A stretch of DNA of 64,000 nt, taken from assembly GCA_001803395.1 (NCBI GenBank), contig MHBU01000024.1, positions 17,003 to 81,002 on the forward strand, given 5' to 3'. Positions 36,880 to 46,593 of this stretch are shown here, one piece after another. A model generated the notes under the pieces. The model was given only the letters and a program-made list of their open reading frames with translations, did not search any database and was not told the DNA's origin. The translations under genes were made by a program, and so were the position numbers. Position 1 is the stretch's first letter, and each line of letters starts with the position of its first letter. Origin of the DNA: Methylotenera sp. RIFCSPLOWO2_02_FULL_45_14 (lineage in GTDB: Bacteria; Pseudomonadota; Gammaproteobacteria; Burkholderiales; Methylophilaceae).

Positions 36880-37767
36880 TTGAATAGCGAAAATAAAAAC
36901 TCTTTTGCCGTATTTGGCCTGCTTTTTGGTGCGTTTTGCTGGGGCATTATCTGGTTTCCGTACCGGCTCATGGCAGAGGCCGGCGTATCTGGCGTTGCCT
37001 CCAGTTTTTATACCTACAGCATTGCCATGGTGATCGCGGCGGTTATTTTTGCCAAACAGTGGCGTGGCATTTTTAAATTGCCGACGAGTATCGTCTGGTT
37101 GAGTCTAGCTGCAGGGTGGACGAACCTTAGCTATGTCCTTGCCATTATTGACGGCGAAGTGATGCGCGTGATGTTGTTATTTTATTTATCACCGTTATGG
37201 ACGTTGATTCTTGCGCATTTTTGGTTAAAAGAAAAAACACAGTTGACTGGCTACATTGCAATTGCGACCTCGTTGTTAGGCGCATTTATTATGCTTCATG
37301 ATCCACAGCTTGGCGGCGTGCCTATGCCGAGGAATACGGCGGAATGGTTGGCGTTGTCGTCTGGTGTGGGCTTTTCTTTAACCAATGTGATTACAAGAAA
37401 ATCCAGTCATTTGAGTTTGTTGGCTAAGTCATTTGCGGTATGGGCAGGGGTGTTAGTAGTTGCAGTGATCTTTATTCCGTTTGTTCAAACGCCATTTCCA
37501 GCGCCCAGTGTTTTTAGCTCAGAAAACTGGTTTGTGATGGCGTTGATTGCGCTATTGCTCATGGCAGCCACCTTGTTTGTGCAATACGGCGTCACGCGGA
37601 TTGAAGCAACACGCGCTTCGGTATTGTTTTTATTTGAACTAGTGGTCGCCGCCGTGGCATCCTATTATTTAGCGCATGAAACAATGGCCATCAATGAATG
37701 GATAGGTGGCAGCTTGATTGTGGTTGCCGCCATATTTGCCGCTAGCAACCACAAGTCTATTGATTAA
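36880..37767 (+). CDS. DMT/EamA-family transporter
   Basis: About ten hydrophobic helices in two repeats, TTG start, and LFYLSPLW and ASVLFLFELVVA patterns. Confidence 0.85.
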   Translation: MNSENKNSFAVFGLLFGAFCWGIIWFPYRLMAEAGVSGVASSFYTYSIAMVIAAVIFAKQWRGIFKLPTSIVWLSLAAGWTNLSYVLAIIDGEVMRVMLLFYLSPLWTLILAHFWLKEKTQLTGYIAIATSLLGAFIMLHDPQLGGVPMPRNTAEWLALSSGVGFSLTNVITRKSSHLSLLAKSFAVWAGVLVVAVIFIPFVQTPFPAPSVFSSENWFVMALIALLLMAATLFVQYGVTRIEATRASVLFLFELVVAAVASYYLAHETMAINEWIGGSLIVVAAIFAASNHKSID

Positions 37768-38861
37768 GCGCTAAAAGGGCTATTCCGCGCGCCTTCTGCG
37801 GCAAAGCGGATTTTTAGCGATAAGTCATTGCGTGAATCAGCATAGGCTAATGCATTTTCTTCATCAATTTTGCCATTTGCAAATAGCTTGAATAATGACT
37901 GGTCAAAGGTATGCATGCCAATGTCATTGTTATCACCCATGATTTCTTTAATTTCGCTCATTTTTTGTTTTTGTATTAACTCTGCCATGTAGGGTGTGTT
38001 AATCATCACCTCGGTAGCGGCAACACGTTTGCTATGTGTGCCTGGAATTAAGCGTTGAGAAACGATTGATACCAAGTTCATCGACATGCCGAGCAGTAAA
38101 CCTGTACGACCGTCTTCCGGGAAAAATGAAATAACACGTTCAAGTGCCTGGTTGGCATTGTTGGCATGCAAGGTTGCCAAACATAAATGGCCTGTTTCAG
38201 CGTAGGCAAGCGCGTTTTTCATGCCATCCATATCACGCACCTCACCAATCAAAATCACATCAGGCGCTTGGCGCATGGCATTTTTAAGGCCATTTTCAAA
38301 CGATAGGGTATCAATACCTACTTCACGTTGATCCACCACGGATTTTTTATGCGGGTGGACAAACTCAATCGGGTCTTCAAGCGTGAGAATATGGCCATTA
38401 GTCGTTTCATTGCGATAATCAATCATAGAGGCAAGCGTGGTTGTTTTGCCAGAACCCGTTGCACCAACCACTAAAATCAGGCCGCGTTTACGCGTGATCA
38501 GGTCTCTGAGGATTGCGGGTAACCCTAAATTGTCTAGTGATGGGATTTCAGTTTTAATATGCCGAACCACCATGCCGACTTCACCACGCTGCCTAAAAAT
38601 ATTGACCCGAAAACGTCCAATATCTTTTTTGCTAATGGCAAAGTTACATTCTAATGTTGACTCAAACTCTTTGATTTGATCCGCCGTCATGAGTGAATAG
38701 GCAATTTCTTTAATCATGCCTGGCACCATCACCTGGTTGTTGATAGGCGTGGTATCACCTTCAACTTCAATATGAATGCTGGCACCTGCGCTAAAAAATA
38801 GGTCTGAACCACCTTTATCCAGCATGTATTTTAGTACGGGAGTAATGTCGATTGCTGCCAT
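37764..38861 (-). CDS. pilU: Type IV pilus retraction ATPase, PilU-like
   Basis: Motifs SDLF, GRFRVN, GATGSGKTTT, TLEDPIEF, QREVG, IGEVRD, TLHANNA and GMHTFDQSL. Confidence 0.85.
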   Translation of the reverse strand: MAAIDITPVLKYMLDKGGSDLFFSAGASIHIEVEGDTTPINNQVMVPGMIKEIAYSLMTADQIKEFESTLECNFAISKKDIGRFRVNIFRQRGEVGMVVRHIKTEIPSLDNLGLPAILRDLITRKRGLILVVGATGSGKTTTLASMIDYRNETTNGHILTLEDPIEFVHPHKKSVVDQREVGIDTLSFENGLKNAMRQAPDVILIGEVRDMDGMKNALAYAETGHLCLATLHANNANQALERVISFFPEDGRTGLLLGMSMNLVSIVSQRLIPGTHSKRVAATEVMINTPYMAELIQKQKMSEIKEIMGDNNDIGMHTFDQSLFKLFANGKIDEENALAYADSRNDLSLKIRFAAEGARNSPFSA

Positions 38862-39047
38862 AGCGAGTTTGTCCTAAAAGTGTTTTTATAGTTATGATTT
38901 TTAGCATGACTTTAGCATATATTTTATATGCTTCGTTATGCTGATATTTAGTTGTGATTAACCTAAAATACACTTCTCTATCAAATACACCAACAAACTC
39001 AAGTCGTTATTATACTGCTGGATAAAACCTGACTGCATCTACGTGGG

Positions 39048-41162
39048 CTAAAGCCGTTCCCTGAGCTTGTCGAAGGGTTCTTGCCAAATGGTTTGATAAA
39101 TCGCCTCTAATGACCGTGTAAATTTGTTTGTATCAAATAATGCAGAAGTCATGTTCTCTGCCAGTAATTTTTGTTTTATAGCAGCAATTATGGTGGGGTT
39201 GTTGGCAAGCTGAAGGGCTTTTTCTTCGTAATCTTGCAAGGTGTAAGTAATTAACTCGGTTAAGCCTGCTGCGCTTATTAAGCTACCTGCCACACGCGCT
39301 GCAAAAGTTTCACCTACACAGGTCAGCACGGGAACGCCCATCCATAAAGCATCGCTACAAGTAGTGTGTGCATTGTAAGGCAGGGTGTCTAAAAATAAGT
39401 CTGCATGCGCATGGCGTGCGAGATGATCGGCAATGGCAACGCGCGGCGCAAAAATGAGGCGTTCAGCAGCAACACCAAGGGCGACGGCTTCGCGCATTAA
39501 ATTCTGCTTTGCCCAAATATTGCAGTCAAGTAGCCAAAGCACACTGTTTGGAACAGCGTTTAGTACGCGCATCCAAACTGAAAATACATCGGGTGTGATT
39601 TTGAAGCTTTGATTAAAACAGCAAAATACAAAGGCGCCTTCCGGTAAGTGACAACTTTGGCGCGTAGGTGTTTTGCCTACTGGGCGTTTGCGGTCATTTG
39701 GTTGATAGCTGTGAGGCAAAACGGCTAACTTTTCTGCGTAGTGTTGCGCTGACGCCTGCGGGCTAATAAAGTGGTCGGTTAATAGGTAATCAAAAAGGGG
39801 CGCACCATCAAAAGCGCCCATGGTGCCGGGAAAACCCAGCCAGTTCACATTGATAGACGCAGGCCGCAGGGCGGCAATGCCACTGCGGCTAGTTTGTGTA
39901 AAGCCGGTTAAATCTACCAGGATATCAATATCGCAGGCATATATTTTTTTTGCGGCTTCAATTTCTGAAAGTTGTCGAATGTCATGAAATTGATCAAAGG
40001 CTTGTTCTAACCTTGCTCTGGCACTGGTTTTATCATTAACCCCATAAGAAAATCCAATGATTTCAAATTGAGTTCTATCATGCAATTCAATGAGTTCGCT
40101 GATTAAAAACGCGAGCGGGTGCAGCCTGAAATCTGCGGATAAATAGCCCAGCTTTAATTTCTTTGGTGTGGTTTGTTTATGGTGCGTAAAACCAAGTTGT
40201 TGACGATGTTGCATCAACCCCGCATAGCGATTTTTTACCCAGTTATTTGCACAGATTTTTTGTTGTTCTGCCGTGGTGCCTGGCATGGCTAAAAATGCAA
40301 ACGGTGAAATCTGTGCGCTGGGTTGCGTTTTAACCCAATGGCAAATTTCGGCAATATCGTTATCTAAACCTTGCCAATTGCAAATGTGCTGTTTTTGATG
40401 CACGAGATGCACCTTAGCGTGATGCAGTTGCGGATTCAGTTGCAAAGCTTTTTGATAGCTTTCAATCGCCAAATCCAACTGCCCTAATTCGCGCTGTACG
40501 TTACCTAAATTATTGTAAGTATCGGCATCATTGGGGTTAATTTGAATCGCTTTTTGGTATTGTTTAGCCGCTTCAGCTGGTTTACCTAGCTCGCGTTGTG
40601 CATTACCTAAGTTGTAAAGTAATACGGCATCTTGCGGATTAAACTGTAACGCTTCTTTAAAGCTGGTCTCGGCCTGTGTGAAGTTGCCAATGGCATGCGC
40701 TTGGTTGCCCAGCAGTGTTAAACAATGACAAAGCGCTGCACGCACATCCTCTTTTTTAGGCATGGCACGCAGTACGCGGCGATAGTAGCCTGCGGCCTCT
40801 TCAAAACGGTCAACTGCAAGAAGCGTGTTGCCTAAGTTAAGTTGCACATCTAAATCTTTAGGTTGCAGTAAAACCGCTTGCTGAAAGCTTTTGATGGCAG
40901 CTTCTAGCTGATTATTAGCGCGTAACGCCAGCCCGCAATTATTTAAATAATCCACATTACGCGGGCTAATGGCTAACGCTTGTTGAATGTAGCGCACTGC
41001 ATCTGCCGTACGATTGGTTTGATAGCAAATAATGCCCAGCATGTGATGCGCGTCAGCATGGTTGGCTTGCAAGGTAATCACTTGCTGAAGGGCTGATTCA
41101 GCCTGTGTTAGCTGACCATTTCGGTAGAAATTTAAAGCGGTTGAATAAAGAGTGTGTGGCAT
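39048..41162 (-). CDS. TPR-repeat O-GlcNAc transferase-like glycosyltransferase (GT41/SPINDLY family)
   Basis: Multiple TPRs, then GYLSADFRLHP, DILVDL.G, WLGFPGT, CFNQSFKITP and DLFLDTLPYNAHTT.SDALW.GVP. Confidence 0.9.
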   Translation of the reverse strand: MPHTLYSTALNFYRNGQLTQAESALQQVITLQANHADAHHMLGIICYQTNRTADAVRYIQQALAISPRNVDYLNNCGLALRANNQLEAAIKSFQQAVLLQPKDLDVQLNLGNTLLAVDRFEEAAGYYRRVLRAMPKKEDVRAALCHCLTLLGNQAHAIGNFTQAETSFKEALQFNPQDAVLLYNLGNAQRELGKPAEAAKQYQKAIQINPNDADTYNNLGNVQRELGQLDLAIESYQKALQLNPQLHHAKVHLVHQKQHICNWQGLDNDIAEICHWVKTQPSAQISPFAFLAMPGTTAEQQKICANNWVKNRYAGLMQHRQQLGFTHHKQTTPKKLKLGYLSADFRLHPLAFLISELIELHDRTQFEIIGFSYGVNDKTSARARLEQAFDQFHDIRQLSEIEAAKKIYACDIDILVDLTGFTQTSRSGIAALRPASINVNWLGFPGTMGAFDGAPLFDYLLTDHFISPQASAQHYAEKLAVLPHSYQPNDRKRPVGKTPTRQSCHLPEGAFVFCCFNQSFKITPDVFSVWMRVLNAVPNSVLWLLDCNIWAKQNLMREAVALGVAAERLIFAPRVAIADHLARHAHADLFLDTLPYNAHTTCSDALWMGVPVLTCVGETFAARVAGSLISAAGLTELITYTLQDYEEKALQLANNPTIIAAIKQKLLAENMTSALFDTNKFTRSLEAIYQTIWQEPFDKLRERL
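39054..39077. repeat. REP-like motif CCGTTCCCTGAGCTTGTCGAAGGG embedded in the last codons of the GT41 gene
   Basis: Near-identical to intergenic 26838-26858; it encodes PFDKLRER. Confidence 0.75.
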
Positions 41163-41189
41163 GGGTTAATTTTAACCTGAAATTACACT

Positions 41190-42428
41190 TTAGCTTAAAG
41201 CCGTGGTCATTTTCGCCAATCGTTTCAGACCCATCTTTCGCAGTAAAAATCGATTTGGGTTGAGTAAGCCAGCGAGTTCGGTAGAAATCGGCAATGTGTC
41301 ATTACAAATCAAGCCAGCCAATAGTTCAGCACACAAGGGCGCGCTGGTAAACCCCTTGCTGCCGTGTGCCACGTTCATATAAAGCCCCGCAATCCATGGC
41401 AGGGAGTTTGTGGCTGCGCTAGGGCGAGGTGGTTTGGCTTTCAATGTGACAGGGTCTAATAATTGACCCACTAAAGGCCAGTAATCTGCTGTGGTGCATC
41501 TTAGAGACACACGCCCCCCCACAATATTGTTTTGCAATTGATCGCGCAAAAGCGGTGAGATGTTGTTTAATTTATCTAAATTAGCACGGTGGTCTTCGTT
41601 GTCAATTTGCAAATCATTTTGTTTATTTGTAGTTGCAGCAGTGCCCGAGAACGTAGCGCCTAAGCAGTGACAATGGTTCGCGTTTTGTTGAAGTGCAGCT
41701 GGGCTTAAATAGCCGTCGCTACATACAATCGTTTTTAATTGACGGCTTGTTTCTATGGATTTGAGTAAGCTGACCTGCCCGCGCACCGCTTGCGTATTTA
41801 GCGGTAGGTCTGGGTACAGTTGTTGTGCGTTATTGGCATTGGCAATGATCACAATATCCGCCTTTGCTATGATGTTTTTATGGTCATAAACTTCAAATGC
41901 GTGATCATTTTTTAATAATCTACCCACGTTGTTTGAAGTAAGCATTGAAATGCTTTTGTGCTCAGTTAAACGCTTGCAAAGCTGTTGCGGTTTAACCCAT
42001 GCTGCGTTAGGAAAATAAAGTGCATCATGTTCAATCTTGATGCTGGCAAGTGCACTAGCTTCAGCTTTCGTTACCTGTTTCAGAACACTACTCGGGTGAT
42101 TTTGTGCTGCCACTTTTTGAATACGCGCTAACTCTCTCGCGTTAAAGCCAAGTTGCAGCATGCCGCAAGCGTCAAAATCTGCTGGTGATAAATCCAGTGA
42201 CTTGAATAAAGCCAAGCTGTGCAAATAGCCGGCGAGTGCAAATTGACTGCTGGTGTCATTACCACTTAAACGCGGGTATAACATGGCGAGTGGATTGCCA
42301 GAGGTCTCACTGGCGATATTGGCATTGCGCTCTAACAGCGTTACTTGTATGCCACGTTGCGCTAGCGCATAAGCCGTACTGCAACCTGCGATGCCGCCAC
42401 CAATGACAATTGCAGTTTTAGGTACCAC
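41190..42428 (-). CDS. mnmC: FAD-dependent cmnm5s2U oxidoreductase (C-terminal domain of MnmC as a separate ORF)
   Basis: GTG start after AGGT. Motifs IGGGIAG, SGNPLAMLYP, VRGQVS, CSDGYL, GATF and HGSKGFTSAPLCAE. Confidence 0.88.
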   Translation of the reverse strand: MVPKTAIVIGGGIAGCSTAYALAQRGIQVTLLERNANIASETSGNPLAMLYPRLSGNDTSSQFALAGYLHSLALFKSLDLSPADFDACGMLQLGFNARELARIQKVAAQNHPSSVLKQVTKAEASALASIKIEHDALYFPNAAWVKPQQLCKRLTEHKSISMLTSNNVGRLLKNDHAFEVYDHKNIIAKADIVIIANANNAQQLYPDLPLNTQAVRGQVSLLKSIETSRQLKTIVCSDGYLSPAALQQNANHCHCLGATFSGTAATTNKQNDLQIDNEDHRANLDKLNNISPLLRDQLQNNIVGGRVSLRCTTADYWPLVGQLLDPVTLKAKPPRPSAATNSLPWIAGLYMNVAHGSKGFTSAPLCAELLAGLICNDTLPISTELAGLLNPNRFLLRKMGLKRLAKMTTALS

Positions 42429-43167
42429 TGTTATTACCTAAAACATTTTGATTGCCTGCAAAATGCCCGGTGATCATTTCACGCTTTTTGCCAAAGCCTG
42501 AGCGTTTGATTACTTTAAAACCTGCTGATATTAAGCCTCGTCTCACCATACCTGCGCTGGTAAATGTGGCAAATGTTGTATTGGCGTGCGACAGCCTTGC
42601 CATTTGTTCAAACAGTGCTGGCTGCCACATGTTAGGGTTTTTAGCGGGAGAGAAACCGTCCAAAAACCAAGCGTCGGTTTTATTATGGAGGTGACGCAAT
42701 TGCTCGGTTGCATCGCCAATCAATAAGCTTAGCTGAACTCTATTGTCATAGAAACTGATGGTTTTTGCATTCATGAGCGTGGCATATTGAGCCAGTAACG
42801 GCGTGCTTAATGTAGTTAATTCAGGCCATAACTGTAAAGCCGTTGTGATGTCTGATAAGACCAGCGGGTATTTCTCAACGCTAGTGAAATTCAAAATTGT
42901 ATCTTTAGGCGCAGTCTCAAGCCACAGTTTGGCCGCACATAAAAAGTTTAAGCCGGACCCAAAACCAGTTTCAGTAATGGTAAACGTATTAGTAGTGAGT
43001 TGTTGCCAACGGTTCGATAAATCATTGCCTTGCAAGAACACATGTTCAGTTTCAAGTACACCATTATCACTTGAAAAATAAACATCCTGAAAGGCGCTAG
43101 CAAACGGCTGTCCTTGTTTCCATTCAACATAGCACCATTCAATTTTTGTGTTATCTATTGTTCGCAT
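42418..43167 (-). CDS. mnmD: tRNA mnm5s2U34 methyltransferase (N-terminal domain of MnmC as a separate ORF)
   Basis: Motifs FQDVYFS, ETGFGSGLNFL, WFLDGFSPAKNPNMW, TFTSAG.VRR and GFGKKREM. Confidence 0.9.
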   Translation of the reverse strand: MRTIDNTKIEWCYVEWKQGQPFASAFQDVYFSSDNGVLETEHVFLQGNDLSNRWQQLTTNTFTITETGFGSGLNFLCAAKLWLETAPKDTILNFTSVEKYPLVLSDITTALQLWPELTTLSTPLLAQYATLMNAKTISFYDNRVQLSLLIGDATEQLRHLHNKTDAWFLDGFSPAKNPNMWQPALFEQMARLSHANTTFATFTSAGMVRRGLISAGFKVIKRSGFGKKREMITGHFAGNQNVLGNNSGT

Positions 43168-43612
43168 TCACGGCTATCTTAAATACGATTTTGTGGATAG
43201 ACTGGGTGGCGACCAAGGGTGCGTGAGTATCTTCTGGAAAAAAGATGCAAAATGTATTGGCGGGCGTGGAGACCCACGTAGCAGGGGCGTCATGAAAGAA
43301 CTGTATGTCGGATGCAGTATTGAAATCACTGACTGGGTTAAGACAGTCTGCAAGTGGCTTCCAGCCCATTTCATCAACACCATCCAATACCAGCTGAATA
43401 TCGATGTATTTGCGATGGCATTCTAGCTGTGCTGATTCACGCGTGCGCCCCGATATGCGCTCTACAATGGCAAACAAATCATCGCCAACAATTGTATGTC
43501 GACCACAGGCGAGTGCCTGCAAGTCGGTATTGCGCATGTAGGAAAATACTTGTGCAAACAGTGGATGTAATGCTGAATAACGCTCAGCGTTAGCTATCGT
43601 ATCAAGTATCAT
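43151..43612 (-). CDS. YhcH/YjgK/YiaL (NanQ-like) family protein (start revised to 43612)
   Basis: SD AAGGA before MILDT. Motifs ECHRKYIDIQ, IFFPEDTHAP and KIVFK. Confidence 0.85.
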   Translation of the reverse strand: MILDTIANAERYSALHPLFAQVFSYMRNTDLQALACGRHTIVGDDLFAIVERISGRTRESAQLECHRKYIDIQLVLDGVDEMGWKPLADCLNPVSDFNTASDIQFFHDAPATWVSTPANTFCIFFPEDTHAPLVATQSIHKIVFKIAVNANNR

Positions 43613-43628
43613 GCAAAAAATCCTTAAG

Positions 43629-45359
43629 TTATTTCCATACCTTGCCATAAGCCGCTAACAACTGTTGATGCATTTTACTGCCTTCCATATTCACCCCCAA
43701 ATTGCCTAGGCCGAAATACTGCTCTTTTTGATTGATTAGGCGCTGTGCTTGTTGCAGTGTTTCAGCGCCGTACATGAGTTGCAGGTTGCTTTCAAAGAAG
43801 CTGGTGTCACCGTTCTCAAGCTCTTCTTTAATTTGTACTAAGTTGGCAATGCAGCGATAAACGCGCGCGCGTGCTGGTGAGAGTTCGTTAAATTGCGCAA
43901 TCCAGGCGCAGCCGTCCAAGATATCGTCGGTGCTGTTGCAGGCAAGCGCGGCAAGCGTTTTGAGTTCACCTACGCGTAAATCTACCCAAGTGGTGTTAGG
44001 GTCGGCGCATAGACCAATCAAAGTTGTTACGGGCAGTTCATCGGCTAAGTCTAGTTCTAGCAAGGTTTCAAGTAATCCTACAGATTCAGCTTGACTTAAC
44101 TCTTGTAGGCGCAATGCGGCAGGGCGCACAAGGTTGCCAACGGTGTTATTTTCCCATTGCAGTTCTTCTACAGGGTAAATTTCAGACATGCCTGGTACAA
44201 AAATACGGCAGGCATATACCCCTAAATGGGTAAAGTCGGCGATGTACATATCATGGCCACTGGCATGGATGGTATTCACGCACCAGTCATAGTCTTCTTG
44301 CGTAGTTGTGCCAAAGTTCCAATCCACAAATTCGTAATCGGGCGTGTTACGTAAAAAGTCCCAGCTAATTACGCCGCTGGAATCCACAAAATGGATTTCC
44401 AGGTTTTGTGAATCGGCGATTTCTTCCATATCAAAACCAGGTGCGACAAAGCCTTTTAAGCCATTGATAGCGCGGCCTTGTAGCAGTTCTGTCAATGCAC
44501 GTTCCAGTGCCACTTCAAAGCGTGGATGGGCGCCAAAACTGGCAAAGCAACCTTGGTCGTCTGGGTGGAGCAGCGTGACGTTCATCACTGGATATTGGCC
44601 GCCTAATGACGCATCTTTCACCAAAATACCATAACCCGCAGCGCGTAAGCCTTTAATGCCTGCCGCAATGCGCGGATAACGGCTGATGACATCTTCCGGC
44701 ACATCAGGCAGGCAAATGCCTTCGCGAATAATTTTATATTTAATATCACGCTCAAATATCTCAGCCAAGGCTTGGGTACGCGCTTCCATCATGGTGTTGC
44801 CCGCACTCATACCGTTGCTCACATATAAGTTGCCGATGAGGTTAACGGGAAATAAAACGGTTTTATCATCACGTAAACGGGTGTAAGGGATGGCGCAAAT
44901 GCCACGCTCAGCATTGCCCGAGTTCAAATCTATCAGTTGGCTTGCAATCGCGCCATCTTCTGGGTTATAGAACTTTTGCAGCTCTGGTGTTAATAAACCT
45001 TTAGGCCATTGGTCGCCTTCAACTTTAAACCATTGCTCATTCGGGTAATGCACAAAGTCTTGATTGGCGATGGTTTCGCCTAAGTAAAAGTGCGTCCAAA
45101 AGTAATTGGTGCTTAAACGCTCAAAGTATTCACCAAGCGCACTGGCGCGGGCGGCAAGCTGTGACGCACCTTTGCCGTTAGTAAATAGGCGAGGGCAGTC
45201 TTTATCAATTACATGCACCGACCAAATATTTTCAATTTCATTCAGCCATGACTTTTCTTCAACATGGATACCTAATGCTAATAATTTGCCTTGTAATGTG
45301 GCGATGGATGATTCGAGTGAAGCATCTTTGCTCGGAATAAAAGTTTCTGTCATGGTCAT
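43629..45359 (-). CDS. ycaO: YcaO-family protein (S12 methylthiotransferase accessory factor type)
   Basis: TFIPSKDASLE..I, TNGKGA..AA.ASALGEYFERLSTNYF, SNGMSAGNT, EIFER and ELLQGR. Confidence 0.92.
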   Translation of the reverse strand: MTMTETFIPSKDASLESSIATLQGKLLALGIHVEEKSWLNEIENIWSVHVIDKDCPRLFTNGKGASQLAARASALGEYFERLSTNYFWTHFYLGETIANQDFVHYPNEQWFKVEGDQWPKGLLTPELQKFYNPEDGAIASQLIDLNSGNAERGICAIPYTRLRDDKTVLFPVNLIGNLYVSNGMSAGNTMMEARTQALAEIFERDIKYKIIREGICLPDVPEDVISRYPRIAAGIKGLRAAGYGILVKDASLGGQYPVMNVTLLHPDDQGCFASFGAHPRFEVALERALTELLQGRAINGLKGFVAPGFDMEEIADSQNLEIHFVDSSGVISWDFLRNTPDYEFVDWNFGTTTQEDYDWCVNTIHASGHDMYIADFTHLGVYACRIFVPGMSEIYPVEELQWENNTVGNLVRPAALRLQELSQAESVGLLETLLELDLADELPVTTLIGLCADPNTTWVDLRVGELKTLAALACNSTDDILDGCAWIAQFNELSPARARVYRCIANLVQIKEELENGDTSFFESNLQLMYGAETLQQAQRLINQKEQYFGLGNLGVNMEGSKMHQQLLAAYGKVWK

Positions 45360-45429
45360 GTTGGAGCGTGTTGATAAATGGGCTGCAAGCATAGCATGCG
45401 GTTGCGTGTACGCGAGTAAATATGTGCTG

Positions 45430-46587
45430 TTATTGCTCTTTGGAATAGCCGATAACGCCTAAGAAAAATCTGACTAAACCATAGGCTATCCATGAAATAC
45501 AGCGTTGCATGATATTGCCGTTTACCCACGCCTCTGGCGTTATTTGATGTACATTTTGCATGGAGGATTCAATGTCCAGGCGTAGCTCGGTAGCAAATGC
45601 GTGGTCTTGTATGAGTACGTTAGCCTCATGGGCTAACAACAGGCTAAAGGGGTCGATATTTGATGAGCCGACGGTTGCCCAATAGCTGTCTATGACCGCG
45701 ACTTTGCTATGCATAAAACTTTTACGGTATTCATAAATTTCAATGCCATTTTTTAAAAACACACTATAAAAAGCATGGGCGGCGAACATTAAAAAATACT
45801 CCATTTTACCCTGTAGCAGCAATTTAACCTTTACGCCGCGTTTGGCCGCATCGACTAATGCTTTGCGAAATTTTCTACCGGGTACAAAGTAAGCGTTAGC
45901 AATAATAATTTCAGATTGAGCGTTATTGATTGCGTCTAAGTAGGCGTCTTCAATGTCGCGTCTGTGCAACACGTTGTCTCGTATGACGAAAGCCGCTTGT
46001 ATGCCTGTACTGGTATCGAACGCATGATGTTTATTTTTGGGTTGAATTGATAGATGGCTAGGGCGTCGTAAGTGCATCCATGAAATACGGCGCCAAAGCT
46101 GATGCACATTTTTGGTAATGTGGGGCAGTAGGGCGCCTTCAATACGTATTGCATAATCAATACGCGGTGGAATTTTGTGCGGTGCGTTATGGTCATCAAT
46201 GATGTTGATACCACCTACAAAACCCACCAAACCATCTATTACGACCACTTTGCGGTGCAAGCGCCGCAAGCGATTTTTTTTAAAGGTCCAAGGCGAGATT
46301 TTTTGGCGATAAAACATGACCCGTACACCCGCTGAAACTAACTCTTTAATATAAGCTTTAGGTAAATCTTTGCAGCCAAATCCATCAAGTAACACGTTTA
46401 CTGTGACACCACGCTGAGCCGCTTGTTTTAATGCATTCCCGATACGGATGCCAATGTTGTCGATTTCATAAATATAGGTTTGCAAATAAACGGCGTGCTT
46501 TGCATTTTGAATAGCAAGTGCCAACGCAGGAAAATACTCAGCACCGCTGCGTAATAACTTGATTTGATTGCCGCCAATAAAATGCAT
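45430..46587 (-). CDS. clsB: Cardiolipin synthase B
   Basis: Two HKD motifs (LHRKVVVIDG, MHSKVAVIDS); downstream of a ybhP-like gene. Confidence 0.9.
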   Translation of the reverse strand: MHFIGGNQIKLLRSGAEYFPALALAIQNAKHAVYLQTYIYEIDNIGIRIGNALKQAAQRGVTVNVLLDGFGCKDLPKAYIKELVSAGVRVMFYRQKISPWTFKKNRLRRLHRKVVVIDGLVGFVGGINIIDDHNAPHKIPPRIDYAIRIEGALLPHITKNVHQLWRRISWMHLRRPSHLSIQPKNKHHAFDTSTGIQAAFVIRDNVLHRRDIEDAYLDAINNAQSEIIIANAYFVPGRKFRKALVDAAKRGVKVKLLLQGKMEYFLMFAAHAFYSVFLKNGIEIYEYRKSFMHSKVAVIDSYWATVGSSNIDPFSLLLAHEANVLIQDHAFATELRLDIESSMQNVHQITPEAWVNGNIMQRCISWIAYGLVRFFLGVIGYSKEQ

Positions 46588-46593
46588 ATTGTT

